Of a stretch of DNA of 64,000 bases, positions 37,369 to 45,691 are shown in pieces. The position numbers were made by a program, and so were the translations under genes. The first letter of the stretch is position 1; each line of letters begins with the position of its first letter. The DNA lies in the IMG/VR virus record IMGVR_UViG_3300034198_023063, positions 1 to 64,000 of that record; one strand, given 5' to 3'. A model generated the notes under the pieces. It was not told where the DNA came from. It searched no databases and worked only from the letters and a program-made list of their open reading frames with translations. The DNA comes from a virus.

Positions 37369-38076
37369 TTACTTACTGGAAGACTTCTTTATACGATCTA
37401 TAAGCTCGAAGATCTTTGGCTTTGGAATATCTGAAAGAGCAGTTATTTCTTCAGCTTTTTCATATTTCTCTTTAGATAATTTCTTTTTTAAGTCATCTAG
37501 AGAAATATTTTTTTCTTTCATTAGGTTAGAAAGAACTGCTGTTGGTGAAAGAGGGTTTTCTGGAGTAAGTTCTTCAAAATTAACTTTAGCTCCAATTTCA
37601 TCTTGGCCAACGATATTAATCTTAAGGAAATTGCGGACGCATCGTACAAAGGCTCTATTTTCAGCTATTGCTGCTAAATAATTTCTAGCAAAGCTCTGTG
37701 TATTATCTGGAGAAGCGTCAGCGAGTGCTTCGAAGATGATTTCCTTCCCATTAGTTTCATAGTTACTGCTCCAACAAATTGTACAACCAGCTATAACATA
37801 TGACGGACTTGCTGATGGAATAGAGTACCCAACAGAGGTGAAACCTCTAATCTGGGCTAGCTCTTTGATGCCGCCTAGAAGGATAAGAAGATCCTTGTCC
37901 TCAAGCTTTGATATGTCAGTCTCTTGGGTTCTTTGCTTATTAGGAACAAGAAATTCTGGGCGAATCATTTTGCGCCAGTTTACAGATCCATCTTCATTGT
38001 AGACGTATGGAATTGGCGGATTCTCAAGAAGTCCATACTCATTTCTTGAAAATATTTTTGGAGGAATAGAACTCAT
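37369..38076 (-). CDS. Putative single-strand annealing protein (Rad52/Red-beta-like annealase)
   Basis: LLGGIKELAQIRG and AIAENRAFVRCVRNFLKI motifs resemble the annealase core; replication context. Start re-assigned to the ATG at 38076 (MSSIPP) based on the upstream promoter. Confidence 0.5.
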   Translation of the reverse strand: MSSIPPKIFSRNEYGLLENPPIPYVYNEDGSVNWRKMIRPEFLVPNKQRTQETDISKLEDKDLLILLGGIKELAQIRGFTSVGYSIPSASPSYVIAGCTICWSSNYETNGKEIIFEALADASPDNTQSFARNYLAAIAENRAFVRCVRNFLKINIVGQDEIGAKVNFEELTPENPLSPTAVLSNLMKEKNISLDDLKKKLSKEKYEKAEEITALSDIPKPKIFELIDRIKKSSSK

Positions 38077-38082
38077 CTTTGT

Positions 38083-38111
38083 AGTATGGATCAAATTTTT
38101 TCGTTAGTCAA
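38083..38111 (-). promoter_or_regulatory. Sigma70-type promoter TTGACT-N17-CATACT, 6 nt before the ATG (leaderless)
   Basis: -35 at 38111-38106, -10 at 38088-38083, ATG at 38076. Same geometry at three other loci. Confidence 0.7.
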
Positions 38112-39248
38112 GAAGTAAAAGCTGTCAGCCTCTTCTTTGAAAGAGTCGTCTAAGATTTGAGGCAAAGGGAAAGAGCCATTTCTAACATCTGGGTGATTAA
38201 TTCCAGCCCGACAATGCCATTTGCTAGCGAACGTTTTCCCGCTTTTAATTATTATTTTATTTGTTTTGAAGAAAACTTTTGATTTATCAAGCCCATCTAA
38301 AAATGATAAATCCATTTTATTTAGCTTGTTAATTATTTTATAATTTAAATATTTTAGTTTTTCAGGCTCTAGGTCTTTATCGTTAAGGGATGTTATAATG
38401 TCATAATTAAATTTAAAAGACTCCAGTAAGTCTATAAAAGATGGATCTGAACCTTTTTGAACTTTAAAATATATTTTTTTAATTGAATTTTTATAAGTTA
38501 GTAAAATATTTTTAGAAATATCTCTATTTGTTACTATGGAAGCGGGACCATTTTTTAATTGATCAGCAAGGTTTGCTTCTGAAAAAAATTCATCCATTCT
38601 AACTAATATTTCATTTTTTGAATCATTAGTTATTTTAAAACTGCAATCTGGAATTAAATCCATAGTTGGAAATGAATAAACTTTCCCAATCGAAAGGGTT
38701 CTATCAAAATCATAATTTTCTTCAGGCGATAGTTTTGAAAGTATCTTTACTGCGATTTCTTCTGGTCTAATATTATTTATGAAATTACCAATAGGATTAA
38801 AAAAGTTTTTTGATGCTTTATTCGTATTGATGATTTCATTTTCGCCAAGCAGCAAATTGTCAACAAGATAATCTGTTTTTAAAAATATTTGCGGAATTCC
38901 TTTTTCAGAACAGATGAGAGAATAAAATTTTGAAGAACCACAATAAAGCATTGAGTGGTTTAGCATATAGGCTTTTTCAGACAAACTGGTTTCTTTGTCT
39001 ATGCAAGTGCGGCTGAATGGTTGTTTTTTGTCGTCTACAAAATTAACTATCTCTATACTATTTTTAGATAAGAAAGGCTCAATTAATTGAACGACCCTAC
39101 TCCAGAATACATAATTTAAATTTTGATCATCGTTTTGAGTTTCCAGCACTATGTATTTAGTGAATGGTAGTGGGAAAAACTTCTGATAAATAAAACTATC
39201 ATTAGGCTCGATGCCTGTAGTAGAAGAAAAAGATTTAAGTAAATTCAT
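38091..39248 (-). CDS. Degenerate GT9 (heptosyltransferase-like) C-terminal-lobe protein (385 aa)
   Basis: YIVLETQ...NYVFWSRVVQLI...TSLSEKAYMLNHSMLYCGSSKFYSLICSEKGIPQIFL follows the GT9 C-lobe pattern, but the GxDSxxxH motif is altered. Confidence 0.5.
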   Translation of the reverse strand: MNLLKSFSSTTGIEPNDSFIYQKFFPLPFTKYIVLETQNDDQNLNYVFWSRVVQLIEPFLSKNSIEIVNFVDDKKQPFSRTCIDKETSLSEKAYMLNHSMLYCGSSKFYSLICSEKGIPQIFLKTDYLVDNLLLGENEIINTNKASKNFFNPIGNFINNIRPEEIAVKILSKLSPEENYDFDRTLSIGKVYSFPTMDLIPDCSFKITNDSKNEILVRMDEFFSEANLADQLKNGPASIVTNRDISKNILLTYKNSIKKIYFKVQKGSDPSFIDLLESFKFNYDIITSLNDKDLEPEKLKYLNYKIINKLNKMDLSFLDGLDKSKVFFKTNKIIIKSGKTFASKWHCRAGINHPDVRNGSFPLPQILDDSFKEEADSFYFLTNEKI

Positions 39249-41110
39249 GGAACTAAAACAGAATGAAAATTATTAATAGAAAAATTATCAAGGCAATAAA
39301 TCGACTCAAAGTTATTTCTAAGAAATTCTAAATTGCTTAAATCTTTGCCTTGAACGAGAACTTCATGGACGTCAGTATTACCAAAGAATATTTCAGCAGA
39401 ATCTTTATTTGTATGAACAAATATTTTTTTATTTGGTTGTTTTTTCTTTATAGAAGAAATGATTTTAGTTGATAAAAAAACATTCTCCTTGGAAGAATTT
39501 ATACTAACAAAAATTCTGTCTTTCTTTTCGCTGTCTATGAATAAATTATCTACAGTAGTATTTTTAAATTTTGCTACTTCTTGCCTAGCAACATCTCTAA
39601 AAAATCCAACAATAGCATCTCTGGGAACGCCAGAATTTATTTTTTCAATCCAGTGCGTTAGACCTTCGTCGTTATCTTTGACTATTCTGCCTAGAATTTT
39701 AAAATATAAAGTTTTAAGCCATAAAATATTATCTTCTATGTTATCTATATTTGCTTCTGGGTTAGCTTTTGAATTTTTACTGTCTTCTGGACAATATTCT
39801 GAAAAGGGTTGCGAATCTAAAAATTTTTCTATTTTTCCACCAATAAAAGAGGCGGAAAAATTTTCAATTACCCATTTCCTAGCGGTTCTTCCCATTTTTT
39901 GTTTTTGAGACGAATCCATTTTGAAAACAGTTTCTAGATTTTTAGCAATTGATTTGGGGCAAGTTGAAGCTTTAATAAACTCCGTCCCGAATTCTCTATA
40001 TTCACTCCAGTCTAGAGGAATTGATGCGGCTTCTGGACAGCACATTTCTTCTCCGCAGCTATAGTTTGTAACTAAAGTAATTAAGCCAGTAAGCTTCGCT
40101 TCTTGTATGGGTATTTCCTGACCGCCGCTAGTAAAGGGATGACAATAAACATCCATGCAATTGTATATTTCATTTAATTGCTTTTCATTAACGCCGCAAG
40201 CAACACCAGTGGTTATTTGAGAATTATTAGTCCTGCAAAATTTACAACTGACTTCAGGGCCAGAGAAATTTTTAATTTCATACGCTTTGCAATTTCTACA
40301 AACGTATGTAGTCAAAACATCCGACTCTGCAACTCCAGTTTCTTTGCATAGTTTATGAATATTCCAACCTTCTTGCCAATGAGTGTGTAGAAGTAATTTT
40401 GCTGAAATCTGAGGATTGACGTCTTTGAAAATTTTAAAACCCTGTAGCAGATTAGGAACGGATTTTCTTAATTGATTTCTAAAAACAAATCCTATAATAA
40501 AATCTTTTTTTGGTATGTTGTTATTTTTTCTAATTTCATCCTTTTCTTCTTGAGGCAGCGGTTTGAAGTCGGAAATATAAATAGCTCCATGAAGGGTTTT
40601 AACGTGAGATAAACCGATCCTGTGCATTTCTTTCTCAGCAAAACTAGACCATACCCAATAGTTTTTAATTTTAGGAGCTTGAGATATGGCGGATGGAAGA
40701 AGCGGCAATGAATCTAAAGTGGTCCATATTACAGAATTAATTTTATTAAACCAAGGCTTATCAATGCAATAATCTACACCCCAAAAATCTTGAACTCCTA
40801 TATAGAAATCTGGTTTTTCATTTTCTATTATTTTATCTATTTCAAATGCTCCATATGAATATAGTCTAGTTTTATCTGGAGAACTATTAAAATCTTGAAG
40901 TTCTGGGCCTTGGCTTGGTACTACGCCAACGCTTCTCCAAGGGGTTCTTTCTAGCTCTGGATGATTTTTTGTTACTCCTCCAGCCAAGCTAATTATATCA
41001 TACTTTCCAGTATTATATAAATAAGAAAGAATGGCCTTGGCATTTCTGCCAAAGCCAGTCTTACTAAGAGCAAAATCGCTATGAAAAACTATTTTCTTCT
41101 TTTTTACCAT
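39245..41110 (-). CDS. GT-B (GT4-like) glycosyltransferase with zinc-ribbon insert, DUF4214-like helical domain and GT9-N-like tail (621 aa)
   Basis: TGFGR, FRNQLRK, DVYCHPFTSGGQEIPIQEAKLTG motifs; CRNC...CKFC insert; LYFKILGR..DNDEGLTHW helical domain. Confidence 0.8.
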   Translation of the reverse strand: MVKKKKIVFHSDFALSKTGFGRNAKAILSYLYNTGKYDIISLAGGVTKNHPELERTPWRSVGVVPSQGPELQDFNSSPDKTRLYSYGAFEIDKIIENEKPDFYIGVQDFWGVDYCIDKPWFNKINSVIWTTLDSLPLLPSAISQAPKIKNYWVWSSFAEKEMHRIGLSHVKTLHGAIYISDFKPLPQEEKDEIRKNNNIPKKDFIIGFVFRNQLRKSVPNLLQGFKIFKDVNPQISAKLLLHTHWQEGWNIHKLCKETGVAESDVLTTYVCRNCKAYEIKNFSGPEVSCKFCRTNNSQITTGVACGVNEKQLNEIYNCMDVYCHPFTSGGQEIPIQEAKLTGLITLVTNYSCGEEMCCPEAASIPLDWSEYREFGTEFIKASTCPKSIAKNLETVFKMDSSQKQKMGRTARKWVIENFSASFIGGKIEKFLDSQPFSEYCPEDSKNSKANPEANIDNIEDNILWLKTLYFKILGRIVKDNDEGLTHWIEKINSGVPRDAIVGFFRDVARQEVAKFKNTTVDNLFIDSEKKDRIFVSINSSKENVFLSTKIISSIKKKQPNKKIFVHTNKDSAEIFFGNTDVHEVLVQGKDLSNLEFLRNNFESIYCLDNFSINNFHSVLVP

Positions 41111-41679
41111 AGATCATCGTCCGAAGACTCCTGCTTGGGTGCCTCTTCCTTTTTTGGAGCGGCCTGAGCGGGAGCAGCGGTCGATTTATTATCTTGTTCC
41201 TTCATTGCCTTTTCAAAGATTTTTGCCAAAGACAACATAAAATAAGATTCAAGCTTGATAGCTTCGCCAAAAGTAAAACCGATTAGGAATGAAGTTTTAT
41301 CTTGAGCATTTTCTCGGCTTTCCTTAGATACAGAAAGTGAGTAGCCAACTTGAGAAATCTGATTTGGATTATCCTTGCTGGCGCGATTGTATGGAGAAAA
41401 CTTAATTCGAGTTACTTGTTTAGGAGAATCGTGAAAGCCGTTGAATTCAGCATTTCTACGCATGGCTGAAATAATGTCTCCAATCTCAGTAGAACTGATT
41501 TTGACAGAGGCAGACATTTTTGGATTTTGAGCGTTTCCAGCGAAAGAGCCACGCTTCTTGGCTTCATCCCAACTAGATTGCTTGATTAGGTTAATATAGA
41601 CGCAGTCGTCCTTGGCTGAAAAGTTGAACGAACATCCAGTCCCAGTGTTTTTTGGATTCGGTTTATAAAATTGAATCAT
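41104..41679 (-). CDS. Putative single-stranded DNA-binding protein, Whirly/PC4-like fold, acidic C-terminal tail (191 aa)
   Basis: Two beta4-alpha repeats (KISSTEIGDII; GFTFGEAIKL) and an FHDS motif. Flexible A/P/K/E linker ends in DDDLW. Directly downstream of dnaE. Confidence 0.65.
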   Translation of the reverse strand: MIQFYKPNPKNTGTGCSFNFSAKDDCVYINLIKQSSWDEAKKRGSFAGNAQNPKMSASVKISSTEIGDIISAMRRNAEFNGFHDSPKQVTRIKFSPYNRASKDNPNQISQVGYSLSVSKESRENAQDKTSFLIGFTFGEAIKLESYFMLSLAKIFEKAMKEQDNKSTAAPAQAAPKKEEAPKQESSDDDLW

Positions 41680-41686
41680 ACGATAT

Positions 41687-41715
41687 ATGATGCTCTTTTT
41701 ACTCTAGATTGTCAA
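41687..41715 (-). promoter_or_regulatory. Sigma70-type promoter TTGACA-N17-CATCAT, 7 nt before the ATG (leaderless)
   Basis: -35 at 41715-41710, -10 at 41692-41687, ATG at 41679. Confidence 0.75.
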
Positions 41716-44266
41716 GATTTTTTTCTTTAAGCTCAGACAATTTTGTATATATTTTTAGTGTTTGAACGCCGAAAGTTTCTGCGAAAACACAGTCTTGCTT
41801 TTTGGTTCCTTTAACGATAACTATGTCTTCAGTTTCGGGCAGATAATCGTTATTTGCCGACTTGTTAAAGTCGATTTTATCATTAAAGGTAAGGATGGGA
41901 ATTGATCCATACTCGTCAGACACAATCATCTTAAATGTTCTGGTTTTCTTTTCGTTTTTGGATACCCATTGGGAACTTTCTTCAACTTTGCCAACTATAA
42001 ATACAGTAGAGTTATCTTGTTTATTTGGTAAGTCTTTCAATGTGACTAGATTAGGCATCTTCTGAGAGAATATCTCAAATAAAGATTTGTCGTAGCTGTA
42101 TCCAAGAAGTTTAGTTTCATAAAACCAATTAGCAAAGCTTTCTGATTTATTATTTTGCTGGTAGATCTTTAAATAAGGATCATATTTCTTTTTGATTGTC
42201 TGAAATCTAGATTCTTTAATTAAAAGCTTGCCATTTTCATTCTTTGTCTCTGATAGCTTTTTAAGAACTTTAATTAAATCAAACTCAAATTCTGAACCAA
42301 ATTGAATGGCTAACACTTTTTCCTTATCAGTAAGAATATTCCATAATTGAGCCTCTAGCACAACTCTGCTTCTTGAAGATGAGAATCCATCTAACGCACC
42401 GGCTTGAATTAAAGCTGAAACAACTCCAATAGATAGCCCGACTTCTTTTGCTGCCTCAAAAACTTCGAACTTGTTTGAATGATCTGATTTAAAGTTTTTA
42501 AGCTTTTCCATCGTTTTTTCAGAAATACCCTTGATCGAAGACAATCCGAATCTAATGTCTTCTCCTTGAATTGAAAAATCTGTTTCTGATTTTAAGATAT
42601 GCGGGCCAAGAAGCTTTATGCCGAAATGCCTAAGTTCTTTCTGTATTTTTGAAATTTCTTCTAGAGGAGCAGGTTCATGCTTAGTCATCTCAAGCAGAGC
42701 GAGGAAAAAATGTTTTGGATACTTGAATTTTAAGTAAATAGTGCAAGCAGCCAATGCGGCATAACTCATTGAATGAGATTTATTGAAAGAGTAGTTTGCG
42801 GAGTTTTCTAAAATTCTCCACAGAATATCTCCAATCTCGGGAGCTAATTTATTTTCCTTAATTTTTTCAGAAATCTTTTCTTGCCACTTCTTTACTTCTT
42901 CTACCTTCTTTTTGCCAACAATTCGACGCAAAACTTCAGCTTCATCAAGAGTGAAGCCAATCTTGTTGGACATTTTCATTAACTGCTCTTGGTAAAGAGC
43001 TACGCCGCCACTTGAGCTAAGAACAGAATCAAAGAAAGGATGAATTGGTTCGTAAACATTGTTGTTAGTAAAATTAGCGTATTGATCTACGAACTCCAAG
43101 GCTCCGGGGCGAGCCAATGCAAGTACACCACTTAATTCTTCTAGATTTTTCGGTTTAACTTTTTTACAAACCTTGAAATTTGTATCAGCTTCAATTTGAA
43201 AAATTCCATGAGGAGTTTTTAAATCGGCTAGTTGTTGATAAATGAACGGATCGTTAAAATCTATATCGTTAACGTTTATTCCAACTAACTTGCAGACTCT
43301 ATCGACTATTGAAACGCTTCGCAAACCTAACAAGTCAAGTTTAACATTGAACGTGGATGCCCAGTTCATGTCATAGCTAGAGACCTGTTCCTTGTCGCTA
43401 GTAAGTTCAGTAGGGCAGCTTTTATCCATCGGGTAGTACGAAAGCATCATGCCAGATGCATGAACGCTTTTATTTTTGATTAAACTTCTTAATTTAAGAG
43501 CGGTATTGTAAACCCTTGGATTTTCATTACACCATTTCTTGAACTCTTCCACTTCGTCATAAGCGTCTTTCAGATCCATGACTTGGCCGAAAGTCTTCGG
43601 AATTAAAGAGCTTACGTCATTCATTTCTGTTTCTGTCTTTTCTTCTATTATTTTACCACATTCTTTGATTAGTAGTTTGCCACTCAAAGTGGTTAATGTT
43701 AAAATTTTAGAAGTCCTTCCAGAGAATAACTGCTCTAGGAATTTAATTACTTTATAGCGATTATAGTAGCAAATATCAATGTCAACATCGCACATTAAAG
43801 ATCCATCAAGATAAGTAATGCCATCGACTACTTGCTTCTTGGCTCGAATCTTAGAGATGAAACGCTCAAAGAATAGTTCGTATTTGATTGGATCTACCTT
43901 GGTAACCCCCAACAAATAAAGAATAAGGCTGCCAGCAGCAGAGCCGCGTCCAAGACCAACAGGAATGGAGTTTTCGTTGCAATAATTAACAACAGTCCAT
44001 ACTAATAGAACATAATCTAGAAATCCAAGCTCTTTAATGGTTTCCAGTTCATACTTTACTCTTTCTGAATATTTAGAGTATTCTTCTTTCGGAATTTTTA
44101 ATTTCTTAAAATTGCTTCTGCAAACTTGAATCAAAAAGTCATAGTTAGAAGACTCTTCTTTTAGGCCGTATTGAGTCTTGAGCCGGTTCTCTATATTAAA
44201 TTCTGGCAAACGAACGCCATACAATGGAAGCTTTATATTGTCAAACGCAGATTCAAATTTATTCAT
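41699..44266 (-). CDS. dnaE: DNA polymerase III alpha catalytic core lacking the PHP domain (855 aa)
   Basis: GRGSAAGSL, FERFIS, catalytic DVDID, KLDLLGL, YQEQLM, YSFNKSH, IRFGLSSIKG, and a C-terminal OB fold. Confidence 0.95.
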   Translation of the reverse strand: MNKFESAFDNIKLPLYGVRLPEFNIENRLKTQYGLKEESSNYDFLIQVCRSNFKKLKIPKEEYSKYSERVKYELETIKELGFLDYVLLVWTVVNYCNENSIPVGLGRGSAAGSLILYLLGVTKVDPIKYELFFERFISKIRAKKQVVDGITYLDGSLMCDVDIDICYYNRYKVIKFLEQLFSGRTSKILTLTTLSGKLLIKECGKIIEEKTETEMNDVSSLIPKTFGQVMDLKDAYDEVEEFKKWCNENPRVYNTALKLRSLIKNKSVHASGMMLSYYPMDKSCPTELTSDKEQVSSYDMNWASTFNVKLDLLGLRSVSIVDRVCKLVGINVNDIDFNDPFIYQQLADLKTPHGIFQIEADTNFKVCKKVKPKNLEELSGVLALARPGALEFVDQYANFTNNNVYEPIHPFFDSVLSSSGGVALYQEQLMKMSNKIGFTLDEAEVLRRIVGKKKVEEVKKWQEKISEKIKENKLAPEIGDILWRILENSANYSFNKSHSMSYAALAACTIYLKFKYPKHFFLALLEMTKHEPAPLEEISKIQKELRHFGIKLLGPHILKSETDFSIQGEDIRFGLSSIKGISEKTMEKLKNFKSDHSNKFEVFEAAKEVGLSIGVVSALIQAGALDGFSSSRSRVVLEAQLWNILTDKEKVLAIQFGSEFEFDLIKVLKKLSETKNENGKLLIKESRFQTIKKKYDPYLKIYQQNNKSESFANWFYETKLLGYSYDKSLFEIFSQKMPNLVTLKDLPNKQDNSTVFIVGKVEESSQWVSKNEKKTRTFKMIVSDEYGSIPILTFNDKIDFNKSANNDYLPETEDIVIVKGTKKQDCVFAETFGVQTLKIYTKLSELKEKNLDNLE

Positions 44267-44901
44267 ATCTCGACTTGAAATTTAATTTTATTCCACACTT
44301 TTAGATTTAACTCCAAATCTACAATAGCATTGTGGAGATTTTCGTAATCATGCTCTATGTTATAATCTTTTCCGAGAGAAGTTAAATTAGTTTTAATGCC
44401 TTTTCTATAAGTATGAAGCAACTTGTATTGATATTCTACAAGGGACTCTTTTGGCATTTTAGGAATTCCATATTTGATTCCTTTAGCCAAGCAATTAGTA
44501 TCAAGGATTTTATTAACTAGATGGCTAGCTCGCATTCCTTTGAGTAAATACATCTCTTTTATTAAATACAAGTCGAAGCCAAGAATATTATGACCAACAA
44601 TATAGTCAGAACACTCAAGCCAATCCCTAACAGTACTAAACACATCATCAAATTTCTTGCCAGTTGTTCTAATAAGTTCTTCTGGATATCTTGTGATTCT
44701 TCTCGCATCTTCAGATATTTTAAGGTTTGTGTCCCATTTAACAAGAAAATCTCGCTCGTCGACTTTTTTTCCGCCAACAGTGCTTAGCATCGCTATTTGC
44801 CAAGGTAGATTTTGACAGAAATTAAGGCAAAGATTAAGTGTTTCGCAGTCGATAAAAACAAGTTTTTTAGACTTGTCAAATCTTAATAGTTCATTTTCCA
44901 T
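44263..44901 (-). CDS. DEDDh 3'-5' exonuclease (Pol III epsilon/PolC exonuclease-like; 212 aa)
   Basis: FIDCET, GHNILGFDL, ILDT and LHNAIVDL motifs; lies between the PHP and polymerase genes. Confidence 0.9.
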   Translation of the reverse strand: MENELLRFDKSKKLVFIDCETLNLCLNFCQNLPWQIAMLSTVGGKKVDERDFLVKWDTNLKISEDARRITRYPEELIRTTGKKFDDVFSTVRDWLECSDYIVGHNILGFDLYLIKEMYLLKGMRASHLVNKILDTNCLAKGIKYGIPKMPKESLVEYQYKLLHTYRKGIKTNLTSLGKDYNIEHDYENLHNAIVDLELNLKVWNKIKFQVEI

Positions 44902-45658
44902 ATTTTTCCTTGAATGATTCTGCGCAAAATTCGTTAGACGAAAAGTGGTCTAAGTTTGGTTTATTTAAAGTAGTTCTATTAGAAATACATCTGAAAGTTA
45001 AATACGTTAGAAAGTCTTCTTTGTTTTCGTAATACACAGATTGACTTTGCACTATAGAAGACTTGTCGAGAATTGTATCGTTAACCTTACGACTCAAAAT
45101 ACCATCGAAAGGCAAATTATTATCTTCAACAAAATAAATCAAATCGCAAAAACTAAAATCAGGAACGCAAATGCTATAAGTTAAGTTATTCTTAAAAATA
45201 TAGGAGTCGTAAAATGGTATTGCCATTAGAAGATTATCTTTATTCCATAGCTCTTTTAGAACTTTACAATCTATTCTTGGGTAATAATAAAATCCAGTAG
45301 TGCTGGCTGTTGTGGATATTTTAATTAGATCCTTATACCCTTCAGCATTTTTGATAAAGATTATTACTTTGTGCTCTTTATCTTTTGACTCAGTGGTCTT
45401 ATTATTTATATCATCACATATCGTGAGCCTAAGCCCAAACCTTAAATCAATCTTCGATTCTTCGCAAGACTTGTACGCCTCTAGAAAACCAGAAATAGAA
45501 TCTTCAACCAAATATAGTTTGTTTAATTTAAGTTTTAAAGCAATATCTATTATTGAGCTTGGTTCATGCTCTGAGCTAGACCCAGCCTTAGAAAGCGTCA
45601 AAATAGATTTCCCAAGACTATAATGGGATTTGAAAAGAGGAATGGCTGAGTAGTCCAT
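44891..45658 (-). CDS. Stand-alone PHP domain of Pol III alpha, probably catalytically degenerate (255 aa)
   Basis: LFKSHYSLGKSIL, LYLVEDSISGF, FGLRL, KNAEGYKDLIKIST and FYYYPRID match the DnaE N-terminal PHP pattern. Confidence 0.85.
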   Translation of the reverse strand: MDYSAIPLFKSHYSLGKSILTLSKAGSSSEHEPSSIIDIALKLKLNKLYLVEDSISGFLEAYKSCEESKIDLRFGLRLTICDDINNKTTESKDKEHKVIIFIKNAEGYKDLIKISTTASTTGFYYYPRIDCKVLKELWNKDNLLMAIPFYDSYIFKNNLTYSICVPDFSFCDLIYFVEDNNLPFDGILSRKVNDTILDKSSIVQSQSVYYENKEDFLTYLTFRCISNRTTLNKPNLDHFSSNEFCAESFKEKYGK

Positions 45659-45663
45659 GGGAT

Positions 45664-45691
45664 ATGGTGGGCGATAGGTTCAATAAGTCAA
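45664..45691 (-). promoter_or_regulatory. Sigma70-type promoter TTGACT-N16-CACCAT, 5 nt before the ATG (leaderless)
   Basis: -35 at 45691-45686, -10 at 45669-45664, ATG at 45658. It fills almost the entire 33-nt intergenic gap. Confidence 0.6.
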
